A stretch of 64,000 nucleotides of DNA from Phoronis australis (taxonomy: Eukaryota; Animalia; Phoronida), in the NCBI GenBank assembly GCA_002633005.1, contig NMRA01000626.1, positions 95,358-159,357 of the forward strand, given 5' to 3'. Below, one piece after another: positions 1 through 12,565 of this stretch (positions within the stretch are counted from its first letter, which is position 1; the number at the start of each line of letters is the position of its first letter). A model generated the notes under the pieces. That model had not been told where the DNA came from. It saw nothing but the letters and a program-made list of their open reading frames with translations, and ran no database searches. The translations under genes were made by a program, and so were the position numbers.

Positions 1-164
1 CCGATTGCTACGTTATGTATCGTATCACATATCACAACATACAAAGATTAACCAGACTCTGGCTGGCGACTGACTGCCGCGAAGTCGACATCGGCGAGTG
101 CCTCAGTTAACAGGCATCGGTAGAATAATCATGGAATAATCGTTAAAATAATCATAAACCTTAC

Positions 165-258
165 CTTTGTATGAGGTCGTGCTTACTTCCTCTCATAGAA
201 GCACCCTTTTTACGCAATCTCAGATTCAGTTGGCACGGCTCCAAGCCATTTCACCATG
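165..258 (-). pseudogene. Degenerate SAP-domain-like exon, probably from a transposon gene
   Basis: The minus strand reads QLNLRLRKKGASMRGSKHDLIQR, which resembles the SAP motif L..EL...G....G.K.DLI.RL. It ends at a gtaag donor at 164. The upstream part is frameshifted. Confidence 0.3.
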
Positions 259-601
259 TATTTAAAGGGCTCGCGAAATCGAGGCTCCTAATCTATCACC
301 ACTAGTACACGCACGCCCTCTAGTTATTGTAGATTTTCCGAATAGCCCCATTGTAATGTTTTCCTATTTCCTTGAACTAGGGCCAAGAGTACCTATTTAC
401 TAGAAACAATCAAGACATATAACAATGTACCTACTTGTTAGAAACAAACTAGACACATCACCTACTTGTTAGAAACAATTAGTTTTTTTACTATCTTAAT
501 CGGTCTATATCCACATCACCTCGTATACGGTCGATCTTATCTCCCCGAGAGGTGAGAAACGACGCAGCGACGTAAGTGGTTCTATTGCAGAGAGTGCCGC
601 T

Positions 602-735
602 ATAGTGTGATGTATCGCTGCCGCTTGACTGAACAATGAAGCTGCGAGGAAAGGGGGTTTATCGTTTTTTCGATTTTCTCGAGAACCCATAATGCTTCGG
701 AAGTGGCTCGCGGTAGTGAAGAATGAAAAAACGCC
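602..735 (+). pseudogene. THAP zinc-finger N-terminus remnant of a Kolobok transposase
   Basis: Translation IV*CIAAA*LNNEAARKGGLSFFRFSREPIMLRKWLAVVKNE fits the THAP pattern C.vp.C.N......sffrFP.....r.kW, with two in-frame stops. Confidence 0.65.
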
Positions 736-984
736 GTTAATACCAAGTATTAGGCCATGAAACTTCCCGGGTCTGTCAGTGGTCTGCATTTCACATCGGT
801 CGGTTGTTGATCAGTTTTTGATTATGGAGAATTGTAATTAGCCATGAAAACATAAGCAATTACAATTAATTCAAGGCATGAGAACATAACGTTTTATATA
901 ATCTGTTTGATGACTGACTCCTTCGTCAGGCTTCTCTTTGGGTGTAGGATGTTTTCGCCAGTTCTTTTTCTCAGCCCTAAAAAC

Positions 985-1300
985 GCGGTAAGCACAAGTT
1001 TAGATGCGGTGCAAAATCAGGATGGTCCGTGAAACACATCTGCGCTTCTCCAAGAAGGCGTTTCACTTGTGGAATTTCGTGGCAGCAAACGCAAGCGTAA
1101 GTCGTTTCCATTATCGTGCAGTTAGCTCACTGACACCATGACAATTCAAACGGTTTTCGGAATTATCCATGTGTTCCGTGGTCAGTACACGTTCACGGAG
1201 CCTCTCTATTATTTTTTGATCAGTGTATTCCGGTTCGAACTGATAGCCTGTGAAACCTAACGATCGACCTGTGAAGTCTTCGTCGGATGAGCGCTCGTCT
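985..1300 (-). pseudogene. KolX-like (P2X7 C-terminal Cys-rich/ballast-like) remnant
   Basis: The minus strand reads SSDEDFTG..GFTGYQFEPEYT (ORF 1111-1422). In another frame from 1111 it reads METTYACVCCHEIPQVKRLLGEAQMCFTDHPDFAPHLN, matching M.T..EC.CC.EI...C.T.HP.F...LN. Confidence 0.65.
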
Positions 1301-4300
1301 AAGTCGGGAATGCGAGTTGCCACGCTGACGTTTATTAATGTTAGTTCTGTTTCAAAATGAATTATTCTCACCCTACCAATCCCTATATAAAACTGAAACA
1401 AAGTCTGTCTCATTAGATACAATTTGTAATGCCTTGGAGTGTTCTTGAGTGCAACTGTTTTGAGAAACCAGCAATGAATAAATCACTGCGGGGACCGAGG
1501 CCGTGTGAGCGCATGCTAATTCAATGTTTGCTGACAGAAAGCTGTTGTGAAACAATAACTTAATTTTATATCCTATGGTCAGATGTTAGGGAATCTTTAT
1601 TTAGATATGCATCAACATTATTCGAATCATTGTTACTGTACAACTTTTGCCCTGACGGTTCTGTTGAAGGATACTAACCAGACTTCGCGGCCTCCCGACG
1701 AGCTAGTAAGTAGATTTGAAGTTTCGCGGCCGGCTAATTCACCGAAATAACCACGTCCACATTTTTCTTTGGTTCACCAATATAGTATTTTCGTGATTGG
1801 AAGTTTAGTTTCCAACTTTGGCTGGTTTATGTTCGTGACGTCTTCAGTCCGGCCGCGATGGACCTGATCAGGTTCCGAGCCATTGGCTGGGATAGCAAGC
1901 GTCTTATGTGTTTAGAACTGAAAAAATCCCAAGTGTAAAATTACGACACATAGGTATGTTCTCCTGTCTGTATTTCACAAACTCCCGTGGACCTTCAATT
2001 GGCCTACCGAACTTTGTAAGCTACGGTACGTTCAAATACCTAAAAATCCGTAACAGCGAAATAAAGTAACACGTTTGTTCAATAACTCGATGTATTTGTA
2101 AGGGTTTTACATCGAATTTTGATGACTTATTGGTGTAAAACGATGAATTCAAGCGGTAAGCTGACACCAGTAAGCGTGTTGTGAACTGCTGAACAAACTG
2201 CATTCGAACCTCTGACGTCATTGGTTAATTTCAAAACCTCCGTCTGCCGCCAGGTGTCAGGTAAAAGAGCTGTAGTAGTTGCTGTTATCGAGAGAAACTA
2301 CTCTGTCTAAATTGATACAAACTAGGTTGTTTTTTGGGTGGCATTCTCCTTTAATACTATAAACCGGGCGCACGCGCTACTGCAGCTAACAACTCGACGC
2401 CATATTGGAGCGTGCTACTAGCCACGTGACACGGCTAATCGCTGTGTAAACTAACCGGGCAAATTGCCCTTTTGAAAGCGCGATATATAACAAATATAGA
2501 GTCGGAAGAGTGTGTTTTTCCAGAAACATAAAAAAACACGTGATGTAGCACTTGCATGCGTTCTTTAAGATTTAATCAGTCGATAAGGAAAATATCAAAC
2601 TAATAGAAGATCGCAACCGATGACTTGTCAATCCACTTCGGGCGATTTTTTTTCAAGAGAATGCAGTGCGATCGCGCACACTTATCGTTTAATTCGTGCC
2701 GTTCGAAGCAAATACAGTATACACAGGGTTATACAGGGACGTGCTGCACGATTGTCAGTCCACTGCGAACGGTGTATTTTTTGTTTTTTTCAAGAGAACC
2801 AGTAAGATCGAGCAAATTTACCATTTAATTCGTGTCGCTCGAAGTAAATACAGTATGTCCAGGAGACGTGCCGCTCACTGCAGTGGTAAGTATTTTCGTG
2901 GTGTCCTAATTCGGATTCAACGGGATAAACTGCTTGCAACCTATTCCACGCCTCACTGAATAAGATATTGTTGTACACGGGTAACTTTGTAATATTGAAA
3001 TATGACCCAGGTCACTTTTAATGGGATACGAACTACTGTAAAAAATGACAACATTGGGATCATATAAATAAATGACAGGCTTTTAAAGTTCATTAGGGCG
3101 TTTTCCCGTTCAGTGACATTACCAAACATAGAGCAGTTGTGAGGGTGTGATAACACCTGGCTCCCTTGTTAACTGCCGAGCACAGTCTTTTGCGTGGTAT
3201 GACAACATGCGGGCCGATTATCACGTGAACATAGTCAAACCCAGTGCGTTCGGACAGGATAGATTGTCTTCGGTTGTAGTTGGGTGATTTTGGTGATTCA
3301 AAAACTATAAGCATGATCACTATTTGATGGGAAATTCATAAATGTTATTGGTTGATGTTCAAACATGTTATAACTTAACTTATTTTTAACAGCACAGCCC
3401 AGTCTGGCTAGATACGATCTTATCGGAGATTAGAGGAATTATCGAGCAAAAGAGAGCTCACCCTCCAATCCTAAATGTCAGAATTTACTTAATCTGTGGT
3501 CTAAGATACTGTCATCAGCCCAACTTCATGTTGTGCTATACAGCCGAACAAGTAGGACTCAATGAGAGAACGTAAAAAGCAAAGAACACAGACTCAGTTC
3601 CAATCCTGTGCATCGCTAGGGATTGCCAACGTACAAATATTCTTATCTCACGCATGGAATTCCTTTCTTGCAGATCTGAAGTCCTCCCGATCAAGCACCA
3701 GGCACTTGTGTTTTGTAGTATCCTCACACAGTATAATTATTTGCTCACAAAGAGATTAGCCCCACGCCCACACCTTATTTCTAACCTTTCCTTTCCCTCC
3801 CCGGCCTTAATCCGTTATATGTACTGCGCGTCCCGTCAACCCAGAAATTTAAAATAAATTCTTCTCTCACGCACGCTTGCCCTTCTCACGGTTTTAAATT
3901 TGACTTCGATAGTAAGAAAACTTGGCTGTGATAGGAAGATTCTTAACATCTGGCCAAGTATTTTGGATTAATACCGCTAGTCAAATAATATATCCTGGTA
4001 CGAACAGTTTAAAAATGGCCAGTTGCCGATTTGGGCAACTGAACGAAGGATTGTTAGAAAAATGGTGACTGTTTTCGCTTCAGCCCAGCTCCCACACATC
4101 ACGCCGTTCAGTACTTTCTCTCCCTAGGGTCATATACTGAAAACGCAAGATTTCCCTTGCCCCTGCCACTCAGGTCACCCCTAAACGTCTGCTTATCGAA
4201 CACTGTTGAAAAATCGCCAATTGCGGGTGTTATGTCTGCTTATGCTAACACCCCTGTTGCAGGGAATCGTTGAACAAGGACGGGACAGGTGTTCACGTAT

Positions 4301-5159
4301 GTGACGTCACTTTTTTCGTGGCTTGAACAGTCTTCACATTAAATTTAGACCTTGTGAAAAAGCTTCACCGACTCGGTTGGGTATATTTCCACTCGTTTTA
4401 GAGTGGTAAATTCTGTTTTTTGGGTATAGAACGGGTGCGGAATTCAGTGGCACAGTTTTGATATTTTGGTTACTATGCACTTTTTGCGCAAATTTTGAGT
4501 CACAAAACAAAGAGCTCGTAAGCAAGCAGTGCAAATCTACAGAATTTCTAATGTCAACTTCGACATAAGCACAAATTTTGCCCGGATTTATTGTTTTGAT
4601 ACAACAAAAAACATATGATTTTGGAATACATACTTAGAAATGAGTTTTTAAAGCAGAATATATTTCAATAAAGAATACATTATTCACTTAGATGCACTGA
4701 TTTGGATGGCTAGCGGCTAAGTTCGGGCATGCAGATGTTGTCTTTCAGTGCAAGTAAAAACACAAGTGTCATTAATACCAAATATTTACTAAAATACAGT
4801 AACAAACAGCAACATCATTGAATAACATCATATGTTGGTCAAAAATGATTTTTCATGTTCTCAATCATCAAGACTGTGGTAGAAGCAACACATGGTCTCA
4901 CCGCTTTTAAACTATGGTGGCAGAACATAAAAAAAACTTAGTGGCAGCACCACTTAACTCCGATATAACAACCACTGGTACAAACACGTACGTTGTATAA
5001 CCTATATGTATAGCAATTTTATTCAATTATTTTGATATTGCATGTTCGTTGTTCTGTTTATTTACCAGAGTTAATTACACCCAATAAAACACGCTTAGCC
5101 TAGCCCGCCATAGTCGGCCTTGTTACTCAATGGTTGGCACAGGCCCCTTTGACAATAGC

Positions 5160-5700
5160 CCATAATTTTATGCAAGTGGCTGAAACTATCTTTGTATGTA
5201 TATGGCATTTATGATTTGAATTATTTATTCCGATAAAACAGCCGGGGACGGCATGCGTTCGCCTTTCGCCAGTGCTGTGGTCTCCATCGGTCCGCTCTGG
5301 GTCATCGGCTGTAAGTCCGAGTCCGGCAAAATAATGTCATTCAAAATTTATTATTTTGCTACATTTTGCCAACAATTTCAGTACAAAGTGTCCCTATTTT
5401 GGTTTTATTAAAGTTAAGGTTCGCTGTCGATTACTTTATGTCCGTTTGCTGGCTGGTAAGAGACATTGCTCCAGGCGCACAGCCGGCGTTCTTAAGCCTG
5501 GGTTCCTGAATGAATTGTACTTCCGGTTTCCCGGTTAGTTCAAAATGACGGTGTTGTTCGGGTCGGAATCATGAGTGGCGAGTTTGTTTAAACTTTCTTC
5601 GACTACGATTGCGTTTTGGTTTTGGATTGCTCCCTGCTTGGTTCCTTATAACTTCGTCTAACTATCTAATAAGGGTAAAAAAACATGTGCTAATAGGACT
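5160..5700 (+). mobile_element. Terminal part of a second Kolobok-like non-autonomous element (copy a)
   Basis: About 540 bp, homologous in direct orientation to 17100-17647. Both copies end GGACT followed by TTAA. Confidence 0.6.
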
Positions 5701-5711
5701 TTAATACACTA

Positions 5712-7150
5712 TGACGGGCGCTAGCCTGAACTGTGGACGCTTAATTGGATGTTCTCAAACGTTGAGGGGGACGCTTAGTAGAGCAGTGAGCGCTAGAGAG
5801 TAGGCGCATGCGTGAGCATGGTCGTTAACCTGGATGTTTGCGGTAATAAAAAATGAAAGACAGCAATAGTAAGAAATTTTAGTATAGTTAATTATACGAT
5901 TTTGCGAAGCAAACTCCATCTAGCAGGGATGACTTTGTAGCTGTAGTTACAACCTACATTGTACCGTTTTAGCCACCTGGAACAATTTTCTTTCTATTCG
6001 AGTCTAACCACAATTTCGCGTCTACCCGTTTAGTTGCAATAGGTGGCTACAGGCATAGAAGAATGGGCCTAGGGAGCATCTACCTGGGGAAGTAATGAAA
6101 CACGAAAACATCAGTGCTGGGCTACATCGGTCCCGGGGAACATTGTAAACCATCGCGTCTTCTATAACCGCCGGGAGTCTAAGTTCATTGTCAAAGAAAT
6201 CGTTGGCACCCGGGCGCTTAACATGGGCGCACCCGGGGGGGGAGGGCCCGAACGAGACAAAAGTCCACTAAGTCCACAGAAATTCTGCGCGGATGCACAA
6301 TTCGTAGGCCTGAACCTAGTGGCTCGCTTTTTATTTTTTAGTCCTCGTTGATTTTTGTCAGTAAAGGGTCCACATATCGAAAACTTCTAGCCCCCTATAT
6401 TTTAGGCTGGGTGCGCGCATGCTTAACAGAGTCATGCCGGACTGGCTTAGGACTGGCGCTGTTCTCTTATGATGTGCAGCTTTGGAGTGGTGCGTGCTCT
6501 TAAATTCACACACTTGAATCGCTGGAGTTGGCAACAACATGTGAGTGAGGAATGACTCACATGTCGTGCACGCAGCTCCAGAAACAAGTAAAGGGCTTGG
6601 GAATTTCTTGGCCACTCAAAGTAAAAGCGTGGTCGTAGTTTGGCGAATTCGTTTTCACATTTGCCTCTTATGCGACCAGTGCCGCAGTGCGATATCAGAG
6701 ATATTGCGGTGGTTGTTGCCGTAATTTGATAGTAAGGATATCTTACATGACAAATATGTTTTTCCACCACTAAATGTGGTAAGTTGTTCGTTTAAGGATC
6801 AATAGAAACACCGCTTCTTTGTGACGTTTTATCGCGTGTTATCCCGTGGTCCGACCATAGACATCTTAATACTGACGCCTATGGGCTCGACACTTTCTGC
6901 GGTGCATCCGGAAATTCGCAAAAAAGCCGAAATGATTAGCCAATGAAAGGCGTCAAAGGTCACTTCCGTGTTCACGCCGTATGTTTACAAGTCATCGGGG
7001 GGAGGGGGGTGTTCTCTGTTAGTGTTCTTTTGAGCTTGATTTGGCAAACAACCAAAAAACGCTCGAATTCTCAAGAGTTGCTTTATATTTGCCAGGTATC
7101 TGCTCGCATACGTTGGAAATTTCAGGTCGCAAATTCGACCTGCAACTCGC
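5712..7150 (-). mobile_element. Truncated inverted copy of the CAGGGCTCGAC element at 53399-55587
   Basis: Colinear reverse-complement matches: 5712-5850 to 54725-54882, 5913-5975 to 54595-54665, 6010-6060 to 54393-54450, 6583-6611 to 54077-54110, and 7070-7150 to 53415-53570. Confidence 0.75.
6222..6421 (+). mobile_element. 200-bp MITE with CATG(G/C)GCGCACCC termini and a 5-bp TSD
   Basis: Runs CATGGGCGCACCC...GGGTGCGCGCATG with CTTAA on both sides. Family members lie at 25254-25441, with partial copies at about 16700-16863 and 30728-30892. Confidence 0.85.
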
Positions 7151-8007
7151 GTACAACTAGCGATAGCGGAACTTCCAATAAGCTAACTAAGCAACATAGT
7201 TCAAGGTCTCCGTATATTCACAGACCCCCTCCATCACACTTATCCTTGGGGCATCCCGGGTGACTGCAAACATACGGCCGGTGCACTGATGAATCTAGGA
7301 TGTTGTTAAAGGGGCTAGAGGGGCAGTCACAAGTTTCGAAGAAAAGTCTCCACGTAGAAATAACATGCCGGAGGAGTTTTCTTATTTTTTGTGTCCATAG
7401 AGAGACCCGTAACCAGTGCGACTGAGGGATGAAAACTGCGGCGACCAGTTCACTAGGGTCGAAAATTGCTTTGACCGCGGCGCAGCCAAACCTGCGCACC
7501 TGTGCTCTTACGGACTTCTTACGGAGACACGTGAGACCTTAATTCGGGCCTGTGTTCCCGGAGTAGACCCAAGAAACTCGTGAAAACGCAAGAACAAGTT
7601 GCAAGAATTTTTGAAAATACATTTAGTTTCAACAAGTAATGTTACAATGTAAACCACAATGAACACATACATACACGCTCGTACTCACTCAATAGTCGCT
7701 TAATTTTCAATAATGTGAACAAATTTTAACGATCTATGAAACCATAATCCGCGCCGCCGTTCCGTAGACCCAAGAAACTCGTGAAAACTCTGGATCAAGT
7801 CGTAAGACTTAGCCATGCATTACATCTGAAGCACAAAATCGTCGCACTAGCTAGCTATTCTCGTGAATGTCTTAGCTTTACGTACATGTAATGCAGGTTG
7901 CCAATGGTTCAGTCATAGAATTATCGACACCAGTTGATTATTTTATAATAGATTATTTGCGGCAATTAAATCTTTGCAGCTCGACATATTTTGTGTATCT
8001 GTTTCAG

Positions 8008-8720
8008 ATCTCAATGAAAACAAGCTTGAAACGAGACTTGTAAGAGGAGGAGTCTTGGGCAGCGAAAAGACGAGATCACTTATACAACGGTGCAAGCGCG
8101 AAGAAGTTACTGTTAACAGCGCCATTCATGCTGCTATCATCAGAGCCATCTATTGGTATAACGTTAAGAATCTCAGAATCGGAGAAGGCGAAATTCTGTG
8201 CGTTAAAGGAGCGTTTGACGTGAATATGAGAAAATATTTCGAGAAGAAGGATGTCATTGGCCTTTACAAGACATATGTGGAAGCGCACCATAGTGTTAGC
8301 GCTATAGGTGTGGAAAATTTCTGGAAAGACGCTAAAGAGGTCCACAAAAAGATGAAGCAAGCAATGCGCTTTGACGCCCTTGCCATGGAGATTCTAGCGG
8401 AGCCCAAGAGCGAAGCTGAGGTTAACAGAATCTCTGTCAGAAGACAGACAGATTTGGTCTGTTGTTATGACTACGATATTTCAAACATGGGGGATGTACG
8501 TTCAAGCTTTCCGGGAAAATACAGAAATTTCGAAGTTCCGTTTTATCACCACTCCACCAACCGCGTGGATCACGGAATAGCGTTCGGTCTTAACGTGGAG
8601 ACATTTCGCGGCAAATTACGTGTTAACGCGGACGTTGTTCCTCGCGTAATGTCTGAACAAGACGTGAAGACGGTATTGGACCGCATTTTGTATACCTTAG
8701 ACAACATTACGTCTCAATGA
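8008..8720 (+). CDS. Terminal coding exon of a CoA-dependent acyltransferase (alcohol acetyltransferase/PapA5/condensation-domain-like), C-terminal half
   Basis: Part of a 248-aa ORF with family-typical motifs: T..LI.RCK.E.VTVNSAIHAA, DVNMRKYF, FW..AK.V, ISNMG and VETFRGKL. The acceptor gtttcag ends at 8007 (phase 1) and the stop TGA is at 8718-8720. Upstream exons with the HxxxD motif were not found in the window. Confidence 0.75.
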
Positions 8721-9043
8721 CTTTGTAGCTTGGAACCAAGGAACACCATCCAAAGATTGTTGTAAAATTAATCCTGGGAAAAGACGAACGGCTGCTCTGT
8801 ACACTGAGCGCAAATTATGATTGATATTAAAATATTTGTTGTTTTTGCATATTTAAGGCGGTGCTACAGCCAAAAGATTGTGTTTCCTTCAAGAACTTTT
8901 ACATATTACAGTCTGATTCAAATGGTTGCACGCCTAAATCGAGGTGGGGGGGTACGGATTGTCTTGAAAGAGGCTCCTAAACGAATAATATCTCTTTTGT
9001 ATCCTAATTCTAAAAAACATACAAGTGTATTGGGGCACTTTTC

Positions 9044-9153
9044 GGTAATGGTCTAAAATAACGTCCCCGAATTTTGAGAACCAGTTTTTCCCACTAAATA
9101 ACGGGCATCAAACTGGTTCTCAAAATGCGGGCACGTTATATCAGACTATTGCC
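9044..9153. mobile_element. 110-bp palindromic MITE, Merlin-like
   Basis: An imperfect full-length hairpin, GGTAATGGTCT...AGACTATTGCC. It is flanked by the exact 8-bp TSD CACTTTTC at 9036-9043 and 9154-9161. Confidence 0.75.
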
Positions 9154-10120
9154 CACTTTTCTGCTCTGTGTTGGTAATTCAAAGATGTAACTGGGAGGAA
9201 TGCACACTTCTTACTTAGTGATGGCAAATTGATTCATTTGGTTGACATGCAAGTAGGCTACTATAATCTTTGTCATGCAGATGAGCACCCGAGTGTCAGA
9301 AATCACAACATAGGACATGGCTAGAGTATATATACATATACATATAGAACATATACGTATGCATATACGTCAATATATGTACGTAGGTTTGTATGTATAT
9401 GAATATCTATATGTACATGTATTTGTCTGTGTGCGTTTGCGTATGTATAATTTTGTAAGAAAGTTCCTGGTTCGAGCCCTTGTCGGGACAGAGATTTTTT
9501 CAAACTTAACTATAGGTCACGTGATGTGAGCAAGATGTGGCGTGTATAGAGACTAATAATTTTTACTTATGGTTACAGTTTTTGTGGACTTAACGAGCAT
9601 TTTTAGCTCGTAGATACCAGATCAGTGCCAGATCGCGGTGTAGAAACCATCCAAACTTTTAGGCAAGTATATCCAAATATTCAACCACCAAGTACCAGCT
9701 AAAACTAGTTAACGTAAAATTAGGACGAATTCACAGTGAGGCAATGCACCAAGAAGAAAACGGCGTGGGAGGAACGCGATGATACAAACGCGATCCCGGG
9801 CGGTGGATTGTGTGACAGCTGGTTCTGTATATTTAGTGTGAAATTAGATTTAAAACAAGTATTTTTATTTCAAATGTTGAAGTAGTTACAATAGAACTGA
9901 TATTCTGCTTTACTCATAATTCCATTAACTAATTTTGACATTAAATAATTATTAGGAATTCGTGTGTAGAAATGTGTGAAATCCCTTAGGGATGACCATA
10001 AATTATGATAATAATATTTTTCATGATAAAATTTTATCAATGCTCGGGTCTGACACAAGAAGAATTCAGATGTATTTTTCTTGGATATTCATACTCTTAG
10101 TTGTAATGGTAACGGACGAA

Positions 10121-10853
10121 TTAGCAATTGACTGGTACAAAAGAGCCGTTCATCATGCCAGCGTGGGTAGTTGGCGATTCCATCCATTGGATAATCTGAT
10201 AGGAAGAAACCACCCACACATTGCCGAGGGCGATGATTTCGTTCAGAAATTCCTTCACGGCTACAAGATTGTGATCAAAGGTTGGATATTTGAACCAAGA
10301 GAAATGCAAGTTAAGTCCGAGCGGTGGTCTGGCTTGGTGGTTGTAGTGGCGGTAGAAATTGTGACGCAGGTATCGCAAAGCCTCGCTGTAGTTTTTCGTA
10401 CGGCAGGCGTCCACCATGGACCACCCTATGATGTCGTTCGAGCCGTTGCATGCAATGAGTGGATTCAGAGGAATCTCCCAAAGATCAGGATACGCTCTTC
10501 TCGGACAGCCCGTGTTCTGTGTACAATTGTCGGTTTTCCCTGGTGCGTTAAGTAACTTAAAAGGCCATAAGGGGTCGCCTCTGGTCACCATAGTGGTGTC
10601 ATAGGTGAAGCCGTTTTCATGAAGCATGTCAAATTGATTATTCCCCCCAAGAACCAAGAATGGAGATCGCATTCCCCGTATTTCGCTTGCATTGATTCCC
10701 GCCCTTTCTTGTAGGATGTCTCGCATTCCAGTAATTTCTGCTTTCCATTGGTCCTTGGTAGCTGATTCCCACCACGTGGTTGGTACCCGATGGGAAACGC
10801 TGTGACTAGCTATCTCCATGTTGCTGTCGAACAGCTCTCTCACTTTGGAAAAA
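10121..10853 (-). CDS. Chitin deacetylase-like gene A (CE4 polysaccharide deacetylase), exon 3 of 3
   Basis: CE4 motifs EIASHSVSH, GMRSPFL, SMVDAC and GLNLHFSWF. Acceptor ttccag, phase 2. The spliced CDS of 292+220+733 = 1245 nt gives 414 aa plus stop. Confidence 0.93.
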
Positions 10854-11399
10854 CTGGAATAATGAAACAAACGATTCGCCATTGTTCAGTTCCATACTAA
10901 ATATTAGTGGAAGATTTCGTTTTCTCAGAAACACATGCAAACTTGGTCTTTTTACTTTGTAGATACTTGAACGGGGGTGCTATACGACGTCGTTTTGCCA
11001 CTTGAACATAAAAAGGACAATGGCATCAACGCAATTAGTTTTCCTTTATCATAATTACAGAAGTTCAACTTGAGAAATACCCAAAATCGAGGATAAATGT
11101 TACAAAGGTTTCAGATTTGCTGTTATAACGTTTATGCCTACGTTTCCTCCTGTTTCAGTCTCCCGAATCAAAATCAAAATAAAATGTCAAACAACTTCTA
11201 CGTAAGCCTTCGCTACGAACTGGTCTGCGTTTCGCAAATACAACGCAATTGAGAAAAAAAAGATCACGAAAGTTTATCGCCATGCATTGCAAGGGAAGCA
11301 TGTGATCAAGCTAGTTTTACTTGAGACTGTCTCCCAATTACGGAACGGTTCCCAGATCTTAAAAATTTTCCACGCAATGATAGAACTTCATATTTGTTG

Positions 11400-11482
11400 C
11401 CAAGAGGAGCGAGTCGTGGGTTCGAGTCCCACTGGGCTACACTACTAGACCCTTGAGTCAGGTTTCTAGCTCCTCAGCTCGG
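11400..11482 (+). mobile_element. tRNA-derived SINE head fragment in intron 2 of gene A
   Basis: B-box-like GGTTCGAGTCC followed by a cccttgagtcagg core-like motif. There is no complete cloverleaf. Confidence 0.4.
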
Positions 11483-11715
11483 TTTAAACTATATATAAAT
11501 AAAGCACAAAAATAGTTCCAATTGATCAGTGCAATGGGCTCACATGCTCGGCCTGCGCACGCCTGGTACAACGTGTACAAGACCGCCTGCAATTATTTTT
11601 TTAACGCAAACTATTGTACGTACACCTACATTTTCCTGCAAAGGGGGGTCTGCCTGAGTAATTGACCCGAAATTTCAAACCATAAAAAACGCCAATCAAT
11701 TTGCTAATTACTTAC

Positions 11716-11935
11716 ACAGTGTCTTCCTCAATCACATTGTAAGTTGCTTGTAGAGGACAACCGTTTGGGTTTCTCAGGGAACCACGAAACAGTTCTATCG
11801 ACCAGTCATAAACTTCGGGTGTTATCGCGTCATCGATTGAGAAGTATACTAACATCGGTGCGTCATCCCGAGATATTCCTCCGGGAATCTTTTGCTCAAC
11901 AGCAGGTGGCGGAGTGGAAACTGTTGTGGTAGGAT
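11716..11935 (-). CDS. Chitin deacetylase-like gene A, exon 2 of 3
   Basis: Not in the ORF track. It translates as PTTTVSTPPPAVEQKIPGGISRDDAPMLVYFSIDDAITPEVYDWSIELFRGSLRNPNGCPLQATYNVIEEDT. Boundaries are tttccag and gtaag, phases 1 and 2. It is paralogous to 25650-25881. Confidence 0.92.
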
Positions 11936-12565
11936 CTGGAAACGACCAGAAATACTAAATTGAGATAGGCCTAATTACCGGTCAAGAGATCTCTTCGCCC
12001 AAAATGGTCTTAACCACGTCCGGTACTGACTACAAGGCAATACTTTAAAAATCGGTTCCAATCTACGAACAATTGGTTCCAGAATTTTCTACAATTTTCT
12101 ACTGATTCACAACATTGCTTATGACAAAATGAAGACACTATTATGTGGCACGACAAAAAAACTTTTGACAAGCACAGATTCACCATTTTGTCTTAATACA
12201 GTAGCAGACCTTCTGGAGTACAACGCCGACCTTACATCATTTCTAAATTCTTTTAATATTAAGGTATTTACTTCAAGATCAAGCCCATCTGCGATAGCGT
12301 TTTTGTAGTTAGTTTATTTTTTCCGCGGAGGTAAATGGGATTTACCAAGACATACATGAACATCTAAAGAGTTCAGAGAGCAATGTGACTAGAGAAATTG
12401 ATCACGTTGATGACAATGCAGGCGTGCGTTCAGTAGACGCTAGGACCTACGCTATAAAACCTAGTCAAAGTCACGTGTTCTCATTTAAAATGCACGGCAA
12501 TATTTCACGTAATCTCGCGAAGGTCCTAACGTTACTGAACGGAGGCAGGTTACAGTGATACTCAC

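Larger units (their letters stand above)
479..2350 (+). mobile_element. Non-autonomous Kolobok-type DNA transposon, copy 1 (left TIR lost)
   Basis: The right end GGGTGGCATTCTCCT is followed by TTAA (2351-2354). The element is homologous in inverted orientation to 34144-35819 over most of its length. It carries THAP and KolX-like remnants on opposite strands. Confidence 0.75.

Noticed and set aside
7974-8007. ORF-track N-termini of the long ORFs (also 10854-10882, 25882-25924 and 61690-61714)
   Set aside because: They are intronic read-through upstream of clear splice acceptors.
9992-10555. 187-aa + strand ORF, and similar ORFs at 24173-24469 and 8076-8360
   Set aside because: These are antisense shadows of real coding exons with no recognisable motifs.
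11400-11482. tRNA gene
   Set aside because: Only a B-box/T-arm-like segment is present, with no acceptor stem or full cloverleaf. It is better explained as a SINE fragment.
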